IMG/VR virus record: IMGVR_UViG_3300045999_008996
Location: 158,564-222,563 of that record
DNA: 64,000 bases
Reading direction: 5' to 3' (one strand)
Shown one piece after another: positions 8,037 through 18,778 of the stretch; position 1 is the stretch's first letter; each line of letters opens with the position of its first letter. A program made the position numbers and the translations under genes. The notes under the pieces were generated by a model. It had not been told where the DNA came from. It saw nothing but the letters and a program-made list of their open reading frames with translations, and did no database searches.

Positions 8037-8833
8037 GAGGTTTGTTGTGCTGCAGTATTTTCGGTTATCCTACCCAAATAAGGGTTATAATCTGTAATTT
8101 GTTCTGCAGTTAGGTCACTTCCTTGGGTTTTCCAGAAATTGAGTATTCCATCATGACTATTACGGTGAAAAACATCGATGTGTTCCGGATGAATAGTTGA
8201 TCCCAATTCTAATCTGTAAAGTAACAAGGGAGTTGCATAAGTTACACCAGAATTATAGATCAAATCATCAGCAACTGCTCTGGGTTTAACTCCATTATCA
8301 AGTTTATACTTATCACCACGAATATGATTATTAATTAATTTTTGAGCATGATGACGAGTAATTACATAACAGGCAGTGGAAAAATCATTTACGAATCTAT
8401 TATGAATAGGGACTACAATGTCTCCCGTACAAATGATTGCAAGTTGAATTACATCCCAAGCATAAGGAGCACGAGCAATAAAATCTTGCCAGGTAAAATT
8501 CCAATACTTGACTAAATCTAAATTACAATCATCTTCCATGATAATTGCATATGGACTATCAGAGGTTTCCATCCAATACTTAATTGCCTTCAAATGAGAA
8601 GTTGTACATCCAATCTCACCAGAGGTCATCATATCTGGATACTTACCTTTAATGATATCACTCAAATCATCTTCACGACCATCATATGCAGAGATGCGAG
8701 TATAATTTTCTATTTCCCAATACTTAAATTGGTCCTCCATATATTTTTGTCTTTCTGGTTGACCATCAAGATTCAAATAATAAATTGGACCAAAATTTTT
8801 GAGTTTATAAGTAGATTTATTTTTGTCCATCAA
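8033..8833 (-). CDS. Glycosyltransferase family 25
   Basis: YLNLD...R, GEIGCTTSH, IMEDD motifs. Confidence 0.8.
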   Translation of the reverse strand: MMDKNKSTYKLKNFGPIYYLNLDGQPERQKYMEDQFKYWEIENYTRISAYDGREDDLSDIIKGKYPDMMTSGEIGCTTSHLKAIKYWMETSDSPYAIIMEDDCNLDLVKYWNFTWQDFIARAPYAWDVIQLAIICTGDIVVPIHNRFVNDFSTACYVITRHHAQKLINNHIRGDKYKLDNGVKPRAVADDLIYNSGVTYATPLLLYRLELGSTIHPEHIDVFHRNSHDGILNFWKTQGSDLTAEQITDYNPYLGRITENTAAQQTS

Positions 8834-9713
8834 TCCATTCCTTCAAATTTACTTTTGGTTCCCACCCAAATACTTTTTTAATTTTGAAATTATCTGCAAG
8901 AGTAACTTTTGTTTCTCCAATTCTAGGAGGAATGCACTCCACATTATCGGAAATAAATGAAGCAACTTCTTTGATTGAATAATTTTTTCCAGTTCCTACA
9001 TTGTAAACCTGCCCATAATGCACGTCTTTAACATTTGAAGTTGTAACAATAATATTAGCATTTACAACATCACTAACATGAGTAAAATCTCTTCTTTGTT
9101 CCCCTTCTCCTATAATAGTTAATGCTTTTCCATCTCTTCTTTGTCTTAAAAAAATTCCAACTACAGGCGCATATTGTCCTCGAAGAGGTTGATGTTCTCC
9201 ATAAACGTTAAAATATCTAAAGATAATAGTTTTTAATCCATACAAATCATTATACATTTTACAAAGTTTCTCACCACTAACTTTGGAAATAGAGTATGCA
9301 TTTAAACAATCATCTAACTGAGTTTCTACATTTGGAACACTATTCATTCCATAAGCAGAAGATGTTGAAGAGTATATCACGCACTTAACACCTGCCTCCC
9401 TAGAACACTGCAGTACCGTACAAGTGCCCACAGAATTAATGCTTACTGCCTCAATTGGATTCAGGATTGCAGGCTGAATACGTGCCTCTGCTGCAAGGTG
9501 AAACACATAATCTACGCCATCATAAAGAGAGCGTGTGTTTTCATAGTCACGAATATCATACTTATAATTCTGTGCATTATCGTTCCAATAGAACTGATCA
9601 TGGGTGTCAGAAAACTCATTATCAATTACAATGACCTCATGTCCTATACTGATTAATTTATCTACAAGATTTGAACCAATAAATCCTGCTCCGCCAGTTA
9701 CTAAACTTTTCAT
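8817..9713 (-). CDS. NAD-dependent sugar-nucleotide epimerase/dehydratase
   Basis: VTGGAGFIGS, YSISK, RYFNVYG. Confidence 0.9.
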   Translation of the reverse strand: MKSLVTGGAGFIGSNLVDKLISIGHEVIVIDNEFSDTHDQFYWNDNAQNYKYDIRDYENTRSLYDGVDYVFHLAAEARIQPAILNPIEAVSINSVGTCTVLQCSREAGVKCVIYSSTSSAYGMNSVPNVETQLDDCLNAYSISKVSGEKLCKMYNDLYGLKTIIFRYFNVYGEHQPLRGQYAPVVGIFLRQRRDGKALTIIGEGEQRRDFTHVSDVVNANIIVTTSNVKDVHYGQVYNVGTGKNYSIKEVASFISDNVECIPPRIGETKVTLADNFKIKKVFGWEPKVNLKEWIDGQK

Positions 9714-10516
9714 AAAGTATTATTCCTAATAGATTTTATCCACCAACTAACTTTAAGTTTATCCATATTAAAAGTTTTATTAGAAAATTCTTCAAGTTTT
9801 TTATTCAAAAAATCTTCAGTTATTTCTTTAAATGATTTAACTATTACCACAGGAAGATCTGTTAAACATTTACAATGAATAGTGTTTTCTACAATTGGTA
9901 TTATACCATGATACATAGATTCCCACAAACGATGCGTATCAATTCCATTCCCACTTGGGCAAAGAATAAATTTATGATTATCTAACTGCGTTTTATATTC
10001 TTCCAATAATAAGTTTGGATGTTCAACAGAGCACCATTCATTTGTTTGAAAGTAATCATATATCCATTTTCTACATTTAGAATTAGTTTCTATTCTATGA
10101 TTTACATAAAGCAATTTTTTTGGAGATCCACTTTTTATTAACTTATCATATTTTAATGTAATTGGGCAATAATCATTTGCAATACCAATAGGAATAGGAA
10201 TCAAATCATTGTGATCATAATCTACATTTTGAGCATACCATTTTGAGATGCATTTTGGTTTAGTAAAAAATAACTCTTCATCTACCGCATAATCTCCTTC
10301 ATGAGTTATCAACTTTATATCTTTAATGTCATCTTCATCTTTAAGAGTATCAAAAAGTAGAGGAACTAAGTCAATTTTGCAAAAAAGAATATTACCATCA
10401 TCTAGTTCAAAGTTTTCATTCACATAAGTCTTGTGAGTTCCATTTTCAGGAATGGTTTCGGAAAAAATAACATCAGACTGTCTAGCAAAATTATATCCAC
10501 TTAAAAAGTCATTCAT
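9710..10516 (-). CDS. Exostosin-like (GT47) glycosyltransferase
   Basis: HKFILCPSGNGIDTHRLWES. Confidence 0.65.
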   Translation of the reverse strand: MNDFLSGYNFARQSDVIFSETIPENGTHKTYVNENFELDDGNILFCKIDLVPLLFDTLKDEDDIKDIKLITHEGDYAVDEELFFTKPKCISKWYAQNVDYDHNDLIPIPIGIANDYCPITLKYDKLIKSGSPKKLLYVNHRIETNSKCRKWIYDYFQTNEWCSVEHPNLLLEEYKTQLDNHKFILCPSGNGIDTHRLWESMYHGIIPIVENTIHCKCLTDLPVVIVKSFKEITEDFLNKKLEEFSNKTFNMDKLKVSWWIKSIRNNTL

Positions 10517-11166
10517 CGTATTCTTTCTCCCGTTTTTTCTCCACTATAAAGTGGTTCATCATTTTCATTGTATCCTTGTCCAATAAAATGATTTTTATCT
10601 CTAGTTTTCATCATCCAATCTACTTCCAGAAATCCATGAATCATACAATCTTTTTCTGCATCTTTCCATATAATATCTTTTAAGAAAATTTGATCGGACG
10701 TGTAAAAATGATACTTAGCATAATTCTCCATAGTAGAGAGAATAGTATCATCTATCTTACCTTTCATTCCCCACATGCCAGCAAGCATTGGCCAATCATA
10801 ATGTGGGTAATGATCTCTAATAATAGAAAACTTTTTATCGCTTTTTAACCACTCATTGACACATCTTACTTCTCTTTCAGAAAGTCGAGAATCACTGTCT
10901 CTAGACAACACAATATCATCATCATTTTGAAACATAGAATAAAATCTCCAAAATGCCCCAAATATAGACTCATCTTCAACTTGTGCTAATTCAACATTGG
11001 GAAGTTTCAACATATCTTCAACATAATGTGTTGGAACTGTGTCATTAATAAAAATTCTACAAGTCCAATCAGGAAACAATTCTTGTGCTATTTGAGCATT
11101 TTTAATTGCACCAATGGAATACGCGGGATTATTTCCCCACACGCTAATTGATATAATCTTTGCCAT
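10513..11166 (-). CDS. Putative GT-A-fold glycosyltransferase
   Basis: FWRF...SRDSDSR (DxD), MLAGMWG; island context. Confidence 0.5.
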   Translation of the reverse strand: MAKIISISVWGNNPAYSIGAIKNAQIAQELFPDWTCRIFINDTVPTHYVEDMLKLPNVELAQVEDESIFGAFWRFYSMFQNDDDIVLSRDSDSRLSEREVRCVNEWLKSDKKFSIIRDHYPHYDWPMLAGMWGMKGKIDDTILSTMENYAKYHFYTSDQIFLKDIIWKDAEKDCMIHGFLEVDWMMKTRDKNHFIGQGYNENDEPLYSGEKTGERIR

Positions 11167-12545
11167 TATTGAAAATATCCAGATAGTTTTTCTCTATCGT
11201 ATTTACTGCCTTTGATAAGTGCAAATGCAGTTTTCAATTCGTCATCAAGAGTTCTCCAGACTTCTTGCATTTCCTTTCCAGCAACATCCTTATTATAATT
11301 TGTTCCTGGGGGATGATCTATTGTATGATTATAATCACGAATTACTGGACGACCATTAACAAAACAAATGGAAGCAAGAACAAGATCCCAACCCCAACCC
11401 ATTTTGTTATTTGAGAAATCTACATTTTTTGTAGTCATTTCCTGAATAATTTCTTTGCGAATAAACCAAACAGTTTCATCCGTACAAGCGACCATTTTTA
11501 TATTTTCATGATCCGCTTGAATAGAATCAATATCAGTATTTTCGGAAGAATACCAAGTGTAGTCAATATTTGGTGCATAAATTCCTGCATCATAATAATC
11601 AAAATATGTCCTTGCATCTTCTACAAGTTTTTCCCAATTATCATAAGAAACATCTCCCTGAACGTGCATCAGAATATCACCATCAAATAATTCAAGTGCT
11701 TTTCTGAATTGATCACTGAAATATGCATCATCACCAAGATCAACCCAACCATCTCTAGTATTATTGTCATCACTATTGATAACAGTTACTTTATCAAAAA
11801 TCTTAGAAAGAGAATCTTCAACTGCACAAGTTTTATCGAATTGATTATTCCAATTAAAAATAAAAGGTTGAATGTTCATATAATTTAGTTTAATTAAAGA
11901 TTTCAGTTGATCAATTTCTTCTTTGTGTTTTGAATATGGTCTAGGACAGTGTGCATCAATATAAGATATATCTCGCATTGTCCAATAGACTCTATCTAGT
12001 CTATTTTTTGCCATTCCATATTCCCATTCTCTATTATACTTTACTTTATCAAAAGAACAATTATCAATTCTTTCAGTAATGTATAACTCATCTGTATTCC
12101 ATCCCAATCCTAGAGAATTAAGACGTAAAACAAATTCTTCCCAAGTTTCATTTTCATTCTCTAATGCAATGGAAGAAAGAACTTTCCCATATGCAGAAAG
12201 ATAACACATTGGATATCTTTTACCTTCGTGTGCATCAGAAGAATAGATTATAATTTGATTATCAGACTTTGGAAGTTTTGACCAATAATAATTTTGATCA
12301 AATGGAAGCATATCAATATCTGTAGTCAAAACTATTCTATCTGGAAATGATTTTGCTACATATAATCTAACAATTTGAGATTGTAAAGAAGACTCTACTC
12401 CAGGAATAAGTGGAAATTGTTCGGTTCCTATCCGTGCGTAAAATGGTTCGAATCCCAAAGTTTCCCACATTTCGGAAACTAAGGGAGAAAACTCAGAATA
12501 ATCTGGATTACTGTCACTAGAAAATATTGCTATTGGTTTTTGCAT
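11166..12545 (-). CDS. Two-domain putative glycosyltransferase
   Basis: TDIDMLP DxD domain plus a second domain with GWGWD. Confidence 0.5.
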   Translation of the reverse strand: MQKPIAIFSSDSNPDYSEFSPLVSEMWETLGFEPFYARIGTEQFPLIPGVESSLQSQIVRLYVAKSFPDRIVLTTDIDMLPFDQNYYWSKLPKSDNQIIIYSSDAHEGKRYPMCYLSAYGKVLSSIALENENETWEEFVLRLNSLGLGWNTDELYITERIDNCSFDKVKYNREWEYGMAKNRLDRVYWTMRDISYIDAHCPRPYSKHKEEIDQLKSLIKLNYMNIQPFIFNWNNQFDKTCAVEDSLSKIFDKVTVINSDDNNTRDGWVDLGDDAYFSDQFRKALELFDGDILMHVQGDVSYDNWEKLVEDARTYFDYYDAGIYAPNIDYTWYSSENTDIDSIQADHENIKMVACTDETVWFIRKEIIQEMTTKNVDFSNNKMGWGWDLVLASICFVNGRPVIRDYNHTIDHPPGTNYNKDVAGKEMQEVWRTLDDELKTAFALIKGSKYDREKLSGYFQ

Positions 12546-13192
12546 TTTAATTCATGAATACGATATATGGAATTTACATCCCCTTTGTTTAAAATTCGGT
12601 AATGATAATAAGAAATATCCAAATCATCGGATATTTCTCCTGGATTTAGATCAATTCGTTTCGCTGACGGATCAATTTGAACTCCCAAAACTTGAGTTAC
12701 AAATTTTCCTATCATCACATCATCACACCAACCGGGCATTCCATAATTATACAATACCTCTTTATTTTTAACAATTTCTTTTACCAGATCCTTTGAAAGA
12801 AAATATCCACTACCTGAAGCAAAATCTACTCTATTCAATTCTCCGTGACATCCGCAATAAAATTTTTCTAGAGGTTTATCTTCAACAAATTCACTAACAA
12901 GATTCAAATCAAAATATCCTGTTGAATTGCATCTAAAAATATAATCAAAATCTGATTCCAAAAATGTTTCATAAGCAGAGAGAGTTTTATATAGGCAAAT
13001 ATCCAAAGACTCTCTTCTATTTACATAAAAAGAATCGTTTTCGTCCCAAAAAATACTTTCACCACCACCATACATAAAAATTGTCTTTACATTTTCTGGA
13101 GATCTAGAAGCCCAGGTTTCTTTAGCAGCAGTATCTATAGGACCATAATGACCTTCTTTACAAGCAAGAACTAAATTTAAAATACTTTTCAT
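12530..13192 (-). CDS. GT31/Fringe-like glycosyltransferase
   Basis: FASGSGYFLSKDLV...DDVMIG. Confidence 0.55.
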   Translation of the reverse strand: MKSILNLVLACKEGHYGPIDTAAKETWASRSPENVKTIFMYGGGESIFWDENDSFYVNRRESLDICLYKTLSAYETFLESDFDYIFRCNSTGYFDLNLVSEFVEDKPLEKFYCGCHGELNRVDFASGSGYFLSKDLVKEIVKNKEVLYNYGMPGWCDDVMIGKFVTQVLGVQIDPSAKRIDLNPGEISDDLDISYYHYRILNKGDVNSIYRIHELKCKNQ

Positions 13193-13896
13193 CTCGATAA
13201 AAACCTCTTTCTCATATACTCTAAATTATCTGTTTGTATGTCATCCCATTTCATAAGTGCATCACCATCAATACTATTTGAAATATCGATACCTTCGCAT
13301 TTACAAATATAACCAATTACTCTTTCAGAAAATTGTCCATGATTAAATGTTTCGGATTTTATGTTTTCCAATACTTTTTTATTATCTAAAAGTTTTACAA
13401 AATCGTTTGAATATATTCCCATTGTTCCAAATATTGCATAAAAGTCATTAGAAAAATATCCATTAATATCATTATCATAATCAATTTTTTCAAAAATATC
13501 ATTCATCCATTGTATATACTCTTTCTTAATATCAGAATCTACATCATTTAAAGTTTCTAATGGGGAACTAAAATGCATAAAAACTTTAATTCTATCAAGA
13601 GAATCAATAAAACTCTGAATTGATTTTTTTAATGATACGGAGTCATGCATCAAAACATAATATCCTTCATCTGGATATTTTTCGTATGCACATTTCAATG
13701 CTCCAATTAATCTATATGGATTTGATACATCTAGTATTTCTACGTTATTATATTCTTCTATATCTTTATAGTAAGATTTATCATTGGATCCAGAATCAAC
13801 CAAAACAATTTTTTCCGTTGGGTGAATCTGTGTTATCGACTTTATAGAATCTAAAATTGGAGATCGAGAATCGTATTTGCAAGGAATTACAAACAT
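13189..13896 (-). CDS. GT2-like glycosyltransferase
   Basis: FVIP...IVLVDSGS, LMHDS. Confidence 0.55.
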   Translation of the reverse strand: MFVIPCKYDSRSPILDSIKSITQIHPTEKIVLVDSGSNDKSYYKDIEEYNNVEILDVSNPYRLIGALKCAYEKYPDEGYYVLMHDSVSLKKSIQSFIDSLDRIKVFMHFSSPLETLNDVDSDIKKEYIQWMNDIFEKIDYDNDINGYFSNDFYAIFGTMGIYSNDFVKLLDNKKVLENIKSETFNHGQFSERVIGYICKCEGIDISNSIDGDALMKWDDIQTDNLEYMRKRFLSR

Positions 13897-13910
13897 AAAA
13901 ACTTAATATA

Positions 13911-14714
13911 CTAATTTTCATACCAAATAACATTCCAGTTATCTAGTTTTGGTTTTAACAACATATTTAGATATGGATTATTGCAGTCTGGACCATCACA
14001 CTTTCTATGCCATTCGGTTCTTGCATATGCATGAAGATTAATTTTAACATTCTTCATCAGATTTTTTGATTGTAAATGATATACAAAAAGAGCAACCGAA
14101 TTTTCAATTAAATGAACTTCTTTTGCATTCTCAATAACTTTTACTGTATCTACAAAATTTGAAGATAGACGATGCAAATTTACAATAGATTTATTATTAA
14201 CGTATTTTCTGTTTATATTAAATGGATTGTAATCACAAATAGCAGCATAATCAGATTCAAGTTTTAACGAATTAAATAATTCATTTTCATCATCGACCAG
14301 TCGTTCAAAATAAAAATTATCAATTCTCATTGAACGAGGAAATCCCATATGAACGTAAAACTGAGATGCATTATCTGTTATTTTTTGGTCTCCAACATTT
14401 ATGTTAAGTGCTATTCCAATCTTCCTAAGTTTATTATAATAGTTTCTATCATAATTTCCTTCGTGATAATAAAGTTCTCCGACTCTAGTATCAATAATAT
14501 CAAAAGAATCTTCACTTAAGCATCTATCGTGATATTCTATAAATCCCAGAGGAATTACATTTTTATTATCATGAAATAAAGATCGAACAAAAGAAGCGCA
14601 AATATCAGTTACAACATATACCTTATCATATTTTTCCAAAAGGAATCTAATCATTCCATTATTAGAAATATAATCTCCAATAGCATCATAACCAATAAAA
14701 AATATATCTTTCAT
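13911..14714 (-). CDS. Hypothetical protein (possible GT-B sugar transferase)
   Basis: ORF track; IGDY...NGMIR motif; island context. Confidence 0.5.
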   Translation of the reverse strand: MKDIFFIGYDAIGDYISNNGMIRFLLEKYDKVYVVTDICASFVRSLFHDNKNVIPLGFIEYHDRCLSEDSFDIIDTRVGELYYHEGNYDRNYYNKLRKIGIALNINVGDQKITDNASQFYVHMGFPRSMRIDNFYFERLVDDENELFNSLKLESDYAAICDYNPFNINRKYVNNKSIVNLHRLSSNFVDTVKVIENAKEVHLIENSVALFVYHLQSKNLMKNVKINLHAYARTEWHRKCDGPDCNNPYLNMLLKPKLDNWNVIWYEN

Positions 14715-15157
14715 ATAAAAGCGGGATAATCAGTACAAACAGCAAAAGCACCATCAAAACAAGTAGTATCAGTCAATCCAACAATATCATCTTTACCAAT
14801 CAAAGGTATAATAACATTATTATCAATCTTCATAGAAAGATCATGTAACCAAATCTTTCCAGTTGTAGTATAAGTAAAAGGATCGTTGGTATGACAAAAT
14901 GAATGGTATGTCCAGCATTCAACTGCTGCTTCTGAATTTTTACAATGGATCCAAAGATAGTTTCTACGTTTATCTATCCAATTATGATCAATTTTATATT
15001 GTGGTTCATCATGACCTAACCACAATTCCCCATTAATAGATCTAACATCAATTTCTACATCATACCCATTTCCAATGGCACAATCAATATAAGTGGGTCT
15101 ATTTTCTTTATCGGGAACTGGACCACGAATGTTCCCCCTATGAGAAATAATTTTCAC
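14711..15157 (-). CDS. Glycerophosphodiester phosphodiesterase/PLC-like protein
   Basis: ISHRG...EN...DVEIDV...LGHD. Confidence 0.7.
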   Translation of the reverse strand: MKIISHRGNIRGPVPDKENRPTYIDCAIGNGYDVEIDVRSINGELWLGHDEPQYKIDHNWIDKRRNYLWIHCKNSEAAVECWTYHSFCHTNDPFTYTTTGKIWLHDLSMKIDNNVIIPLIGKDDIVGLTDTTCFDGAFAVCTDYPAFI

Positions 15158-15465
15158 AGTTCTTCAATCCTCAATGCTTTATCTTCTATAAACAAATCGT
15201 AAAATGGTTTATCGACTTTTAGTTCATGATATTTTGCTCCCCATTCAGCAAGTTGATTACGTGTCAAATCTTTCCAATCAATTTGCTTTCTGGATCCACG
15301 AGCAGTCCAATAAACTATTGTGTGACCTTCATCATATAGTTTATTGATTTTTTCTATATTTTCTACTATAGGTTTTGCTTTTGTATAATCATGGGTTGTT
15401 CCAAAGTCAACAGAAGTTTCCCGATGACAAATGGTTTCATCAATATCAACATAAATGACTTTCAT
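15154..15465 (-). CDS. Small HAD-family (capsule biosynthesis-type) phosphatase
   Basis: VDIDETIC, WTARG, KP..DLFIEDK. Confidence 0.8.
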   Translation of the reverse strand: MKVIYVDIDETICHRETSVDFGTTHDYTKAKPIVENIEKINKLYDEGHTIVYWTARGSRKQIDWKDLTRNQLAEWGAKYHELKVDKPFYDLFIEDKALRIEEL

Positions 15466-16127
15466 TGATACATATTTCTCCTGTAGTTTTCATTTGGGCA
15501 AGTATCAACATCAGCAACTTCTTGTTTGGTAAGGAACTTAACTCCACCTAGAAGTTTTGCTCCAACAAAAATATCAGCAGATTTTTCACACATTAATGTT
15601 GCGGCGGCACAATCTTTTTTAGATGCAGATGCTGTGATTATACCATGGTTTTGTAGAAGTATCAACTTAGGAAAAAATCCTTCACAATCGATAAATCTAG
15701 AAACATGTTCCTCAACTAATTTTAAAATTGCTTCTCCCGGAGGAGCATAAGGAATGACACAAGATTTGGTCCCGTTTCTAACAATTTGATCAGGAAACCA
15801 TCTATTATTTGCAAATTGATATAATTGATTTGAACAAAGAATCTTTGTAGTATTAGGTGGATGTGTATGAGCAATAAAATTTATTTCTGGGTAAGTTCTC
15901 ATAATCCAAGCGTGAAAAGAAGTTTCAATGCTTGGTTTTTTTTGTAAAAGTTCTATTTGAACTCCACGAATATTACACAAAGTCAAGTCTTCTTCTGATA
16001 AAGTATGAAGACTTGTTCCACTTGCTTTAATTACAAAAGTATTTTCACTTTTTCGCATTGAAACATTTCCTTCACCGCAAATAGTATAATCACTAATTTC
16101 GTGTGCTAAATCTAGTATTTCAGACAT
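15462..16127 (-). CDS. Class II aldolase/adducin-family protein
   Basis: GNVS, PSIETSFH, HTHP, LQNHG. Confidence 0.85.
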   Translation of the reverse strand: MSEILDLAHEISDYTICGEGNVSMRKSENTFVIKASGTSLHTLSEEDLTLCNIRGVQIELLQKKPSIETSFHAWIMRTYPEINFIAHTHPPNTTKILCSNQLYQFANNRWFPDQIVRNGTKSCVIPYAPPGEAILKLVEEHVSRFIDCEGFFPKLILLQNHGIITASASKKDCAAATLMCEKSADIFVGAKLLGGVKFLTKQEVADVDTCPNENYRRNMYQ

Positions 16128-17223
16128 CTTTAATAAAAGTTTCTATGGTATTTAGATTTACTCTCCAAGGTGAATTTAAACCACCAGAAATAGAAAGAGC
16201 ACCATCACTATCAATAGTTTCTTCAATTTTTTCAACAAACTCAGTATCATTAAAATGATGAAGTTGAGTGTGCATCATCGAATACTCAAAGCGAGTATTA
16301 ACATCAAAGAACAGAGGACTATTAATTGAAATAACTTTTGTTTCTGGTGGAGAAAAAATTACATTACACATACCACCACCAATAGGACCAGCAACATACT
16401 TTGCAGAATTGAAGAGTCCAATCTTTTCTTTCATCGTCATATTTTCACAAAAGACTTCTTCATATCCTAAAGACTTGAAGAGTTCTGCTACTTCATCTTC
16501 ATTCACACAACGACGACGTTCTGTGTAATTAGTGCCGATGTTTTCGAAGTTATTATGCAACCAAGTTCTACGTGAAATATAAATTTTTTCTGGTCCTTTA
16601 TACTCTCCTTTCATACGGTTGATAATATCAAATACTCCTGAGTGTGGTGGAGTGTTTGATAGTCCATTGTGAGTCAAAGAAGACCCAACTACAACTGTGT
16701 TGTATAAGGTATCGGGATTCAAGAATATAACATCTTTCTTTCTTATTCCCAGAAGTTCTAGACATTCCCAAACAAATGGATATAAATCGTCTTTTCCCTC
16801 TGGGGGACTTATAAGAAGTTTTAGTTCTGGATGAATCTGCTTCTCATTAAAATATGAATAAAGATAAGGTAACGTATCGTATATAAAGTGGAAATAATTT
16901 GCAGTATTATAAACAAAATAAAATACTGGAAGAGAGCAAAAATTTTTAAAGTAAAATGGATGATTTATTTCATATGCCATTGTCTCTTCATAAACTGTGC
17001 CACGACCAAGAGACATAAACATCTCTTTTGTTGGAAGAATCAATTTATGAGTTTGATGTGAATAAATCAGTGGTTGTGGATAATGTTTTGACAATCCAGT
17101 AAATTGGCAGGAAAAGAAATATGCAACTTCAATATCCCTACCATTTTCATCTTTTTCTTTTATCAGTCTAGTTCTTCCAGAATTCCAATATTCAATTGGT
17201 AAAATAGTCTTTTGAATACTCAT
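16120..17223 (-). CDS. Glycosyltransferase family 61 (DUF563)
   Basis: NYFHF, KIYISR, R..VNEDEV, GP.GGGMCN. Confidence 0.75.
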   Translation of the reverse strand: MSIQKTILPIEYWNSGRTRLIKEKDENGRDIEVAYFFSCQFTGLSKHYPQPLIYSHQTHKLILPTKEMFMSLGRGTVYEETMAYEINHPFYFKNFCSLPVFYFVYNTANYFHFIYDTLPYLYSYFNEKQIHPELKLLISPPEGKDDLYPFVWECLELLGIRKKDVIFLNPDTLYNTVVVGSSLTHNGLSNTPPHSGVFDIINRMKGEYKGPEKIYISRRTWLHNNFENIGTNYTERRRCVNEDEVAELFKSLGYEEVFCENMTMKEKIGLFNSAKYVAGPIGGGMCNVIFSPPETKVISINSPLFFDVNTRFEYSMMHTQLHHFNDTEFVEKIEETIDSDGALSISGGLNSPWRVNLNTIETFIKDV

Positions 17224-18754
17224 AAGGATGCCAATCAACTTTATCAAAAAATCTTTGCCAATATTCGTAAGTCTTTAAATCGTTAGGAGTTCCCCAACAA
17301 ATGTATTCATCAACGGTAAAGTTTTTAACTTTATATCCCATTTCAATAGCAGAATTGATTAGATTATCTACGTAATATTCACCATTTGTTTTGGTATTAG
17401 TAAAATAAAGATTCTTTAGAGGTTCAATAAATTTCTCTTTATTTCTAAAGAACATTGTTCCAACAATGGCATTTCCTTTAAGAGGATCATCTCCTTTAAA
17501 TTCTTTTACATTTACTTTCGTAATGTTATCATCACCATCAATATCTAACCAAGAATACATATTCGGATTATGCTTACTAGCATAATTTCTGGTATAACTC
17601 CAAACTATAATATCATTAGATTCGTCATTTACCAAATCAACAAATTCATATGGATCATAAAAAACTCCATTATCGCAGGCGGAAATTAAAACTGCAAGTT
17701 TGGGATCAACATTTTCCAAAATCTTTTCGCAAGTGCAAGCTTGACCTTGAAGAACATTATCGATCCAAACTATTTCACCATTTAAATCAACAAACTCTTG
17801 ATGATCTTTTAAACATCCATATATTACTTTATCTGTTCTTGGTAAGCATCTTACTGCTTGATCTACCATTCTTTTTTCATTAATAGGAATAAAAGGTTTT
17901 GGTAAATCATATCCTTCAGACTTAAATCTACTTCCTTCTCCAGCCATTGGAAGCACTGTTACAGAATCGACTAAAACTGCTTTTGGTATTTGGAATAATG
18001 ATTTAATATTATATGAAGACCATTTTCTATAAAAGTCTAAATCGGAAGGTGTTCCCCACTGCAGCATATGAGGAACTTCAAAAACAAAAGAATTTAATTC
18101 ATCTTCATTCAATAAATTGTAAATTAAACTCACATAATATTCACCATTAATATTAACATCTTCATCCATTAACTGCTGGAAGTATTTTTTAACATAATAA
18201 CCTTTTCTAAAATAATAAGTTCCAGTAGATGCAAATTCAGACATTTTATTGTCTGTAAATGGTTGCTTTTCTCTGATTTCTAATATTCTATTATTATCTT
18301 CTACTTTACAGAATGCATAATTATCGCTACCCAGCATATGTGGATGGAATCCAGTATAACAAACCACTGCTCCATCACACCGAGTATCATTTACAAACTG
18401 TTCAAATTCATTGTAATTCCAATACATTGAAAAATCACAGTAATTTACTATGACTTGCTCGTCATCTTTGATGATATCAAAAATCTTTGATACTGTATAA
18501 ACTGGACCCAACTTATGAGATGGTATGCTTAAAATAGTCTTATTTTCAACTAAGTCATTCAAAACTTCTTGAATATTTGTAGTTTTAGAATGAATATCAT
18601 TTACTATAAAAATAAATTCAGAATCTTTTGGAAAAAGATCTACAATATGCTTTATTACAGTTTTTCCATCTACTTCAATTAAGTATTTTGGTTCATCATA
18701 TCCAGCAGCAGAAAACCTGCTGCTCATACCAGACATTGGAATTATAATTTTCAT
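17192..18754 (-). CDS. Tandem-domain sugar-phosphate nucleotidyltransferase
   Basis: Two PMxGxxSRF...PK motifs, each with NGEYY and WGTP.DL. Confidence 0.8.
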   Translation of the reverse strand: MKIIIPMSGMSSRFSAAGYDEPKYLIEVDGKTVIKHIVDLFPKDSEFIFIVNDIHSKTTNIQEVLNDLVENKTILSIPSHKLGPVYTVSKIFDIIKDDEQVIVNYCDFSMYWNYNEFEQFVNDTRCDGAVVCYTGFHPHMLGSDNYAFCKVEDNNRILEIREKQPFTDNKMSEFASTGTYYFRKGYYVKKYFQQLMDEDVNINGEYYVSLIYNLLNEDELNSFVFEVPHMLQWGTPSDLDFYRKWSSYNIKSLFQIPKAVLVDSVTVLPMAGEGSRFKSEGYDLPKPFIPINEKRMVDQAVRCLPRTDKVIYGCLKDHQEFVDLNGEIVWIDNVLQGQACTCEKILENVDPKLAVLISACDNGVFYDPYEFVDLVNDESNDIIVWSYTRNYASKHNPNMYSWLDIDGDDNITKVNVKEFKGDDPLKGNAIVGTMFFRNKEKFIEPLKNLYFTNTKTNGEYYVDNLINSAIEMGYKVKNFTVDEYICWGTPNDLKTYEYWQRFFDKVDWHPYEYSKDYFTN

Positions 18755-18778
18755 ATATTCTTCAGTATTGAATTATAT